Part shown: positions 29,901-40,170 of the stretch, piece after piece
Numbering within the stretch: position 1 is the stretch's first letter
How the letters are laid out: every line of letters starts with the position of its first letter
Assembly (NCBI GenBank): GCA_032718475.1
Contig: JAUCBJ010005143.1
Location: 37,443 to 101,442 of the forward strand
From: Nemertoderma westbladi
Taxonomy: Eukaryota > Animalia > Xenacoelomorpha
Reading direction: 5' to 3'
DNA: 64,000 bases
Program-made: the position numbers and the translations under genes
Notes under the pieces: generated by a model
What the model was told of the DNA's origin: nothing
The model's input: only the letters and a program-made list of their open reading frames with translations
The model's database searches: none

Positions 29901-32900
29901 GTGACCTTCCCGTTGCCTTACCGTCTCGTTGGTCCCTGTTCTCTGGACCGTAGCTCAGGTGACCTTCCCGTTGCCTTACCGTCTCGTTGGTCCCTGTTCT
30001 CTGGACCGTAGCTCAGGTGACCTTCCCGTTGCCTTGCCGTCTCGTTGGTCCCTGTTCTCTGGACCGTAGCTCAGGTGACCTTCCCGTTGCCTTGCCGTCT
30101 CGTTGGTCCCTGTTCTCTGGACCGTAGCTCAGGTGACCTTCCCGTTGCCTTGCCGTCTCGTTGGTCCCTGTTCTCTGGACCGTAGCTCAGGTGACCTTCC
30201 CGTTGCCTTGCCGTCTCGTTGGTCCCTGTTCTCTGGACCGTAGCTCAGGTGACCTTCCCGTTGCCTTGCCGTCTCGTTGGTCCCTGTTCTCTGGACCGTA
30301 GCTCAGGTGACCTTCCCGTTGCCTTGCCGTCTCGTTGGTCCCTGTTCTCTGGACCGTAGCTCAGGTGACCTTCCCGTTGCCTTGCCGTCTCGTTGGTCCC
30401 TGTTCTCTGGATGGTAGCTCAGGTGACCTTCCCGTTGCCTTTGCCGTCTCGTTGGTCCCTGTTCTCTGGACCGTAGCTCAGGTGACCTTCCCGTTGCCTT
30501 GCCGTCTCGTTGGTCCCTGTTCTCTGGACCGTAGCTCAGGTGACCTTCCCGTTGCCTTGCCATCTCGTTGGTCCCTGTTCTCTGGACCGTAGCTCAGGTG
30601 ACCTTCCCGTTGCCTTACCGTCTCGTTGGTCCCTGTTCTCTGGATGGTAGCTCAGGTGACCTTCCTGTTGCTTTGCCGTCTCGTTGGTCCTTGTTCTCTG
30701 GACCGTAGCTCAGGTGACCTTCCCGTTGCCTTGCCGTCGCGTTGGTCCCTGTTCTCTGTACCATAGCTCAGGTGACCTTTCCGTTGCCTTACCGTCTCGT
30801 TGGTCCCTGTTCTCTGGACCATAGCTCAGGTGACCTTCCCGTTGCCTTACCGTCTCGTTGGTCCCTGTTCTCTGGACCGTAGCTCAGGTGACCTTCCCGT
30901 TGCCTTACCGTCTCGTTGGTCCCTGTTCTCTGGACCGTAGCTCAGGTGATCTTCCCGTTGCCTTGCCGTCTCGTTGGTCCCTGTTCTCTGGACCGTAGGT
31001 CAGGTGACCTTCCCGTTGCCTTGCCGTCTCGTTGGTCCCTGTTCTCTGGACCGTAGCTCAGGTGACCTTCCCGTTGCCTTGCCATCTCGTTGGTCCCTGT
31101 TCTCTGGACCGTAGCTCAGGTGATCTTCCCGTTGCCTTGCCGTCTCGTTGGTCCCTGTTCTCTGGATGGTAGCTCAGGTGACCTTCCCGTTGCCTTGCCG
31201 TCTCGTTGGTCCGTGTTCTCTGGACCCGTAGCTCAGGTGACCTTCCCGTTGCCTTGCCGTCTCGTTGGTCCCTGTTCTCTGGACTGTAGCTCAGGTGACC
31301 TTCCCGTTGCCTTGCCGTCTCGTTGGTCCCTGTTCTCTGGACCGTAGCTCTGGTGACCTTCCCGTTGCCTTGCCGTCTCGTTGGTCCCTGTTCTCTGGAC
31401 CGTAGCTCAGGTGACCTTCCCGTTGCCTTACCGTCTCGTTGGTCCCTGTTCTCTGGACCGTAGCTCAGGTGACCTTCCCGTTGCCTTGCCGTCTCGTTGG
31501 TCCCTGTTCTCTGGACCGTAGCTCTGGTGACCTTCCCGTTGCCTTGCCGTCTCGTTGGTCCCTGTTCTCTGGACCGTAGCTCAGGTGACCTTCCCGTTGC
31601 CTTGCCGTCTCGTTGGTCCGTGTTCTCTGGACCCGTAGCTCAGGTGACCTTCCCGTTGCCTTGCCGTCTCGTTGGTCCCTGTTCTCTGGACCGTAGCTCA
31701 GGTGACCTTCCCGTTGCCTTGCCGTCTCGTTGGTCCGTGTTCTCTGGACCCGTAGCTCAGGTGACCTTCCCGTTGCCTTGCCGTCTCGTTGGTCCCTGTT
31801 CTCTGGACCTTAGCTCTGGTGACCTTCCCGTTGCCTTGCCGTCTCGTTGGTCCCTGTTCTCTGGACTGTAGCTCAGGTGACCTTCCCGTTGCCTTGCCGT
31901 CTCGTTGGTCCCTGTTCTCTGGACCGTAGCTCAGGTGACCTTCCTGTTGCCTTGCCGTCTCGTTGGTCCCTGTTCTCTGGACCGTAGCTCTGGTTACCTT
32001 CCCGTTGCCTTGCCGTCTCGTTGGTCCCTGTTCTCTGGACCGTAGCTCAGGTGACCTTCCCGTTGCCTTGCCGTCTCGTTGGTCCCTGTTCTCTGGACCG
32101 TAGCTCAGGTGACCTTCCCGTTGCCTTGCCATCTCGTTGCTCCCTGTTTTCTGGACCTTAGCTCTGGTGACCTTCCCGTTGCCTTGCCGTCTCGTTGGTC
32201 CCTGTTCTCTGGACCGTAGCTCAGATGACCTTCCCGTTGCCTTGCTGTCTCGTTGGTCCCTGTTCTCTGGACCGTAGCTCAGGTGACCTTCCCGTTGCCT
32301 TACCGTCTCGTTGGTCCCTGTTCTCTGGACCGTAGCTCAGGTGACCTTCCCGTTGCCTTACCGTCTCGTTGGTCCCTGTTCTCTGGACCGTAGCTCAGAT
32401 GACCTTCCTGTTGCCTTGCCGTCTCGTTGGTCCCTGTTCTCTGGACCATAGTTCAGGTGACCTTCCCGTTGCCTTACTGTCTCGTTGGTCCCTGTTCTCT
32501 GGACCGTAGCTCAGGTGACCTTCCCATTGCCTTGCCGTCTCGTTGGTCCTTGTTCTCTGGACCGTAGCTCAGGTGACCTTCCCGTTGCCTTACCGTCTCG
32601 TTGGTCCCTGTTCTCTGGACCGTAGCTCAGGTGACCTTCCCGTTGCCTTGCCGTCTCGTTGGTCCCTGTTCTCTGGATGGTAGTTCAGGTGACCTTCCCG
32701 TTGCCTTTCCGTCTCGTTGGTCCCTGTTCTCTGGACCGTAGCTCAGGTGACCTTCCCGTTGCCTTACCGTCTCGTTGGTCCCTGTTCTCTGGACCGTAGC
32801 TCAGGTGACCTTCCCGTTGCCTTGCCATCTCGTTGGTCCCTGTTCTCTGGACCGTAGCTCAGGTGACCTTCCCGTTGCCTTACCGTCTCGTTGGTCCCTG

Positions 32901-35900
32901 TTCTCTGGATGGTAGCTCAGGTGACCTTCCTGTTGCTTTGCCGTCTCGTTGGTCCTTGTTCTCTGGACCGTAGCTCAGGTGACCTTCCCGTTGCCTTGCC
33001 GTCGCGTTGGTCCCTGTTCTCTGTACCATAGCTCAGGTGACCTTTCCGTTGCCTTACCGTCTCGTTGGTCCCTGTTCTCTGGACCGTAGCTCAGGTGACC
33101 TTCCCGTTGCCTTACCGTCTCGTTGGTCCCTGTTCTCTGGACCGTAGCTCAGGTGACCTTCCCGTTGCCTTACCGTCTCGTTGGTCCCTGTTCTCTGGAC
33201 CGTAGCTCAGGTGATCTTCCCGTTGCCTTGCCGTCTCGTTGGTCCCTGTTCTCTGGACCGTAGGTCAGGTGACCTTCCCGTTGCCTTGCCGTCTCGTTGG
33301 TCCCTGTTCTCTGGACCGTAGCTCAGGTGACCTTCCCGTTGCCTTGCCATCTCGTTGGTCCCTGTTCTCTGGACCGTAGCTCAGGTGATCTTCCCGTTGC
33401 CTTGCCGTCTCGTTGGTCCCTGTTCTCTGGATGGTAGCTCAGGTGACCTTCCCGTTGCCTTGCCGTCTCGTTGGTCCGTGTTCTCTGGACCCGTAGCTCA
33501 GGTGACCTTCCCGTTGCCTTGCCGTCTCGTTGGTCCCTGTTCTCTGGACCGTAGCTCAGGTGACCTTCCCGTTGCCTTGCCGTCTCGTTGGTCCCTGTTC
33601 TCTGGACCGTAGCTCTGGTGACCTTCCCGTTGCCTTGCCGTCTCGTTGGTCCCTGTTCTCTGGACCGTAGCTCAGGTGACCTTCCCGTTGCCTTACCGTC
33701 TCGTTGGTCCCTGTTCTCTGGACCGTAGCTCAGGTGACCTTCCCGTTGCCTTGCCGTCTCGTTGGTCCCTGTTCTCTGGACCGTAGCTCTGGTGACCTTC
33801 CCGTTGCCTTGCCGTCTCGTTGGTCCCTGTTCTCTGGACCGTAGCTCAGGTGACCTTCCCGTTGCCTTGCCGTCTCGTTGGTCCGTGTTCTCTGGACCCG
33901 TAGCTCAGGTGACCTTCCCGTTGCCTTGCCGTCTCGTTGGTCCCTGTTCTCTGGACCGTAGCTCAGGTGACCTTCCCGTTGCCTTGCCGTCTCGTTGGTC
34001 CGTGTTCTCTGGACCCGTAGCTCAGGTGACCTTCCCGTTGCCTTGCCGTCTCGTTGGTCCCTGTTCTCTGGACCTTAGCTCTGGTGACCTTCCCGTTGCC
34101 TTGCCGTCTCGTTGGTCCCTGTTCTCTGGACTGTAGCTCAGGTGACCTTCCCGTTGCCTTGCCGTCTCGTTGGTCCCTGTTCTCTGGACCGTAGCTCAGG
34201 TGACCTTCCTGTTGCCTTGCCGTCTCGTTGGTCCCTGTTCTCTGGACCGTAGCTCTGGTTACCTTCCCGTTGCCTTGCCGTCTCGTTGGTCCCTGTTCTC
34301 TGGACCGTAGCTCAGGTGACCTTCCCGTTGCCTTGCCGTCTCGTTGGTCCCTGTTCTCTGGACCGTAGCTCAGGTGACCTTCCCGTTGCCTTGCCATCTC
34401 GTTGCTCCCTGTTTTCTGGACCTTAGCTCTGGTGACCTTCCCGTTGCCTTGCCGTCTCGTTGGTCCCTGTTCTCTGGACCGTAGCTCAGATGACCTTCCC
34501 GTTGCCTTGCTGTCTCGTTGGTCCCTGTTCTCTGGACCGTAGCTCAGGTGACCTTCCCGTTGCCTTACCGTCTCGTTGGTCCCTGTTCTCTGGACCGTAG
34601 CTCAGGTGACCTTCCCGTTGCCTTACCGTCTCGTTGGTCCCTGTTCTCTGGACCGTAGCTCAGATGACCTTCCTGTTGCCTTGCCGTCTCGTTGGTCCCT
34701 GTTCTCTGGACCATAGTTCAGGTGACCTTCCCGTTGCCTTACTGTCTCGTTGGTCCCTGTTCTCTGGACCGTAGCTCAGGTGACCTTCCCATTGCCTTGC
34801 CGTCTCGTTGGTCCTTGTTCTCTGGACCGTAGCTCAGGTGACCTTCCCGTTGCCTTACCGTCTCGTTGGTCCCTGTTCTCTGGACCGTAGCTCAGGTGAC
34901 CTTCCCGTTGCCTTGCCGTCTCGTTGGTCCCTGTTCTCTGGATGGTAGTTCAGGTGACCTTCCCGTTGCCTTGCCGTCTCGTTGGTCCCTGTTCTCTGGA
35001 CCGTAGCTCAGGTGACCTTCCCGTTGCCTTACCGTCTCGTTGGTCCCTGTTCTCTGGACCGTAGCTCAAGTGACCTTTCCATTGCCTTGCCGTCTCGTTG
35101 GTCCTTGTTCTCTGGACCGTAGCTCAGGTGACCTTCCCGTTGCCTTGCCGTCTCGTTGGTCCCTGTTCTCTGGACCGTAGCTCAGGTGACCTTCCCGTTG
35201 CCTTACCGTCTCGTTGGTCCCTGTTCTCTGGACCGTAGCTCAGGTGACCTTCCCGTTGCCTTGCCATCTCGTTGGTCCTTGTTCTCTGGACCGTAGCTCA
35301 GGTGACCTTCCCGTTGCCTTGCCGTCTCGTTGGTCCTTGTTCTCTGGACCGTAGCTCAGGTGACCTTCCCGTTGCCTTGCCATCTCGTTGGTCCTTGTTC
35401 TCTGGACCGTAGCTCTGGTGACCTTCCCGTTGCCTTGCCGTCTCGTTGGTCCTTGTTCTCTGGACCGTAGCTCAGGTGACCTTCCCGTTGCCTTGCCGTC
35501 TCGTTGGTCCCTGTTCTCTGGACCGTAGCTCAGGTGACCTTCCCGTTGCCTTGCCGTCTCGTTGGTCCCTGTTCTCTGGACCGTAGCTCAGGTGACCTTC
35601 CCATTGCCTTGCCGTCTCGTTGGTCCCTGTCCTCTGGACCGTAGCTCAGGTGACCTTCCCGTTGCCTTACCGTCTCGTTGGTCCCTGTTCTCTGGACCGT
35701 AGCTCAGGTGACCTTCCCGTTGCCTTGCCGTCTCGTTGGTCCCTGTTCTCTGGATGGTAGCTCAGGTGACCTTCCCGTTGCCTTACCGTCTCGTTGGTCC
35801 CTGTTCTCTGGACCGTAGCTCAGGTGACCTTCCCGTTGCCTTACCGTCTCGTTGGTCCCTGTTCTCTGGACCGTAGCTCAGGTGACCTTCCCATTGCCTT

Positions 35901-38900
35901 GCCGTCTCGTTGGTCCCTGTCCTCTGGACCGTAGCTCAGGTGACCTTCCCGTTGCCTTGCCGTCTCGTTGGTCCTTGTTCTCTGGACCGTAGCTCAGGTG
36001 ACCTTCCCATTGCCTTGCCGTCTCGTTGGTCCCTGTCCTCTGGACCGTAGCTCAGGTGACCTTCCCGTTGCCTTGCCGTCTCGTTGGTCCTTGTTCTCTG
36101 GACCGTAGCTCAGGTGACCTTCCCGTTGCCTTGCCGTCTCGTTGGTCCCTGTTCTCTGGACCGTAGCTCAGGTGACCTTCCCGTTGCCTTGCCGTCTCGT
36201 TGGTCGCTGTTCTCTGGACCGTAGCTCAGGTGACCTTCCCGTTGCCTTACCGTCCCGTTGGTCCCTGTTCTCTGGAACGTAGCTCAGGTGACCTTCCCGT
36301 TGCCTTGCCGTCTCGTTGGTCCTTGTTCTCTGGACCGTAGCTCAGGTGACCTTCCCATTGCCTTGCCGTCTCGTTGGTCCCTGTCCTCTGGACCGTAGCT
36401 CAGGTGACCTTCCCGTTGCCTTGCCGTCTCGTTGGTCCTTGTTCTCTGGACCGTAGCTCAGGTGACCTTCCCGTTGCCTTGCCGTCTCGTTGGTCCCTGT
36501 TCTCTGGACCGTAGCTCAGGTGACCTTCCCGTTGCCTTGCCGTCTCGTTGGTCGCTGTTCTCTGGACCGTAGCTCAGGTGACCTTCCCGTTGCCTTACCG
36601 TCCCGTTGGTCCCTGTTCTCTGGACCGTAGCTCAGGTGACCTTCCCGTTGCCTTACCGTCTCGTTGGTCCCTGTTCTCTGGACCGTAGCTCAGGTGACCT
36701 TCCCGTTGCCTTGCCGTCTCGTTGGTCCCTGTTCTCTGGATGGTAGCTCAGGTGACCTTCCCGTTGCCTTACCGTCTCGTTGGTCCCTGTTCTCTGGACC
36801 GTAGCTCAGGTGACCTTCCCGTTGCCTTACCGTCTCGTTGGTCCCTGTTCTCTGGACCGTAGCTCAGGTGACCTTCCCGTTGCCTTACCGTCTCGTTGGT
36901 CCCTGTTCTCTGGACCGTAGCTCAGGTGACCTTCCCGTTGCCTTGCCATCTCGTTGGTCCTTGTTCTCTGGACCGTAGCTCTGGTGACCTTCCCGTTGCC
37001 TTGCCGTCTCGTTGGTCCTTGTTCTCTGGACCGTAGCTCAGGTGACCTTCCCATTGCCTTGCCGTCTCGTTGGTCCCTGTCCTCTGGACCGTAGCTCAGG
37101 TGACCTTCTCGTTGCCTTGCCGTCTCGTTGGTCCTTGTTCTCTGGACCGTAGCTCAGGTGATCTTCCCGTTGCCTTGCCGTCTCGTTGGTCCCTGTTCTC
37201 TGGACCGTAGCTCAGGTGACCTTCCCGTTGCCTTGCCGTCTCGTTGGTCCCTGTTCTCTGGACCGTAGCTCAGGTGACCTTCCCGTTGCCTTGCCGTCTC
37301 GTTGGTCCCTGTTCTCTGGACCGTAGCTCAGGTGACCTTCCCGTTGCCTTACCGTCCCGTTGGTCCCTGTTCTCTGGACCGTAGCTCAGGTGACCTTCCC
37401 GTTGCCTTGCCGTCTCGTTGGTCGCTGTTCTCTGGACCGTAGCTCAGGTGACCTTCCCGTTGCCTTACCGTCCCGTTGGTCCCTGTTCTCTGGACCGTAG
37501 CTCAGGTGACCTTCCCGTTGCCTTGCCGTCTCGTTGGTCCCTGTTCTCTGGACCGTAGCTCAGGTGACCTTCCCGTTGCCTTGCCGTCTCGTTGGTCCCT
37601 GTTCTCTGGATGGTAGCTCAGGTGACCTTCCCGTTGCCTTACCGTCCCGTTGGTCCCTGTTCTCTGGACCGTAGCTCAGGTGACCTTCCCGTTGCCTTAC
37701 CGTCCCGTTGGTCCCTGTTCTCTGGACCGTAGCTCAGGTGACCTTCCCGTTGCCTTGCCGTCTCGTTGGTCGCTGTTCTCTGGACCGTAGCTCAGGTGAC
37801 CTTCCCGTTGCCTTACCATCTTGTTGGTCCCTGTTCTCTGGACCGTAGCTCAGGTGACCTTCCCGTTGCCTTGCCATCTCGTTGGTCCCTGTTCTCTGGA
37901 CCGTAGCTCAGGTGACCTTCCCGTTGCCTTACCGTCTCGTTGGTCCCTGTTCTCTGGACCGTAGCTCAGGTGACCTTCCCGTTGCCTTGCCGTCTCGTTG
38001 GTCGCTGTTCTCTGGACCGTAGCTCAGGTGACCTTCCCGTTGCCTTACCGTCTCGTTGGTCCCTGTTCTCTGGACCGTAGCTCAGGTGACCTTCCCGTTG
38101 CCTTACCGTCTCGTTGGTCCCTGTTCTCTGGACCGTAGCTCAGGTGACCTTCCCGTTGCCTTGCCGTCTCGTTGGTCGCTGTTCTCTGGACCGTAGCTCA
38201 GGTGACCTTCCCGTTGCCTTACCGTCTCGTTGGTCCCTGTTCTCTGGACCGTAGCTCAGGTGACCTTCCCGTTGCCTTGTCGTCTCGTTGGTCCCTGTTC
38301 TCTGGACCGTAGCTCAGGTGACCTTCCCATTGCCTTACCATCTTGTTGGTCCCTGTTCTCTGGACCGTAGCTCAGGTGACCTTCCCGTTGCCTTACCGTC
38401 TCGTTGGTCCCTGTTCTCTGGACCGTAGCTCAGGTGACCTTCCCGTTGCCTTACCGTCTCGTTGGTCCCTGTTCTCTGGACCGTAGCTCAGGTGACCTTC
38501 CCGTTGCCTTGCCATCTCGTTGGTCCCTGTTCTCTGGACCGTAGCTCAGGTGACCTTCCCGTTGCCTTGCCGTCGCGTTGGTCCCTGTTCTCTGGACCGT
38601 AGCTCAGGTGACCTTCCCATTGCCTTACCATCTTGTTGGTCCCTGTTCTCTGGACCGTAGCTCAGGTGACCTTCCCGTTGCCTTACCGTCTCGTTGGTCC
38701 CTGTTCTCTGGACCGTAGCTCAGGTGACCTTCCCGTTGCCTTACCGTCTCGTTGGTCCCTGTTCTCTGGACCGTAGCTCAGGTGACCTTCCCGTTGCCTT
38801 GCCATCTCGTTGGTCCCTGTTCTCTGGATGGTAGCTCAGGTGACCTTCCCGTTGCCTTACCGTCTCGTTGGTCCCTGTTCTCTGGACCGTAGCTCAGGTG

Positions 38901-39235
38901 ACCTTCCCGTTGCCTTGCCGTCGCGTTGGTCCCTGTTCTCTGGACCGTAGCTCAGGTGACCTTCCCGTTGCCTTGCCGTCTCGTTGGTCCCTGTTTTCTG
39001 GACCGTAGCTCAGGTGACCTTCCCGTTGCCTTGCCGTCTCGTTGGTCCCTGTTCTCTGGACCGTAGCTCAGGTGACCTTCCCGTTGCCTTGCCGTCTCGT
39101 TGGTCCCTGTTCTCTGGACCGTAGCTCAGGTGACCTTCCCGTTGCCTTGCCGTCTCGTTGGTCCCTGTCCTCTGGACCGTAGCTCAGGTGACCTTCCCGT
39201 TGCCTTGCCGTCTCGTTGCTCCCTGTTCTCTGGAC
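5992..39235. repeat. 58-bp satellite, about 573 copies, consensus GACCGTAGCTCAGGTGACCTTCCCGTTGCCTTRCCGTCTCGTTGGTCCCTGTTCTCTG
   Basis: 58-bp period read directly, with mostly 0-3 substitutions per unit, no spacers and sharp boundaries. Block duplications occur at offsets 1450, 4060 and 2265 bp. Confidence 0.99.
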
Positions 39236-39535
39236 ATCCAATCGACTTTCACCGTCAAATATATGTTGCGAACTCGTAGATTATTGTTGTAATCGAATAT
39301 TGACTATTATTTTCTATTAATTACTAATAACATGTATTATTATTTATTTATTATTTTGTGCTTCCCTGCTTGGGGCCCCTTATTCCGGTTTTTCTTTTTC
39401 ATTTTTTTTAATAATTTTCTATAGTTCTAGTTATATCTGTGCAATCTTGTATCTCTTCTCCATGGGCGTCAGTGGCCCGGATTAAAATATAATATAATAT
39501 AATATTAGTGAATAAGAGCATAGTAAATTCGGTAA

Positions 39536-39751
39536 AGTAAAATAGTGACTCGTAAACTAAATAACAAGCGCGAAATCGCGTAAAGGTCCACTACTAAGTT
39601 CGTCTACTAACGTATGGATGGAATGTCTCCCCTTGAATGGCTTACTACCAATCTTACAACAATAAAACATTCACCGGAATGCGGAATGCGGAATTGAACT
39701 CGGTACCTAGAGATCCAACGTCCAACGCTCTACCAACTTCGCCACTGTGCC
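39536..39751 (-). mobile_element. tRNA-derived SINE, family 2, degenerate
   Basis: The - strand reads ggcacagTGGCGAAGTTGGtagagcgttggacgttggatctctaggtaccGAGTTCAATTCC, i.e. Pol III A and B boxes at tRNA spacing. No closing acceptor stem; ends in a ttttactttac-like tail. The 3' end is approximate. Confidence 0.65.
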
Positions 39752-39928
39752 GTATGAAGCCTTATTACTAAAAATTAACTGGAAATGACCAACATCGGAG
39801 TGAATACTAGAGGTCCTCGTAATCCTGGTTGAGTCGTGGGGATCTTAAACGAAGTTTTTTTATTATATAAACCAAATTTAGGACGGAGTTTTTTTTTACT
39901 ATTACCTTTTCAACCTTATTTCTTCTAG

Positions 39929-40133
39929 TTACGTGGCCGTATACGGGAGTGTCTACGCTATTGCCGACATCGCATTCTGTATCGGATTTGCTGTGGGGCC
40001 CGCCCTCAGTGGTTACATCGTGGAACGGATTGGTTTCCCGTGGTTAACCCGCGGTGTCGCCATTATTAATATCCTCTACGCTCCGCTCTGCATATTCCTG
40101 AGGAATCCTCCCGCGAAAAAAGACGAAAATAAA
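39929..40133 (+). CDS. SLC18A2: Coding exon of VMAT (TM11-TM12): (R)[68 protein letters not shown]
   Basis: Strong match to VMAT2 [24 protein letters not shown]...GFPWLM...APLCFFLRSPPAKEEKM. Pyrimidine tract plus AG at 39927-39928; donor gttagt at 40134 (phase 0), where the similarity stops. Confidence 0.95.
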
Positions 40134-40170
40134 GTTAGTTGCATCTCATTAACGGGGGCATCCAAGGTTT

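Larger units (their letters stand above)
5800..39928 (+). other. 34,129-nt phase-2 GT-AG intron of the VMAT gene, about 97% occupied by one satellite
   Basis: The donor after CG and the acceptor ttcttctag|T rebuild an Arg codon (CG+T). This gives the contiguous VMAT motif [18 protein letters not shown], leaving no room for an intervening coding exon. Confidence 0.9.

Noticed and set aside
5891-37054. ORF-track proteins inside the 58-bp array (e.g. 10430-10753, 31497-31871)
   Set aside because: They are repeat translations. The unit is not a multiple of 3, and ORFs appear only where point variants or indels remove the periodic stop.
5992-39235. 58-mer as a tandem tRNA or Pol III gene array, because CCGTAGCTCAGGTG resembles a tRNA A-box
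   Set aside because: There is no B-box (GTTCRA), no cloverleaf and no T-run terminator, and the unit is too short.
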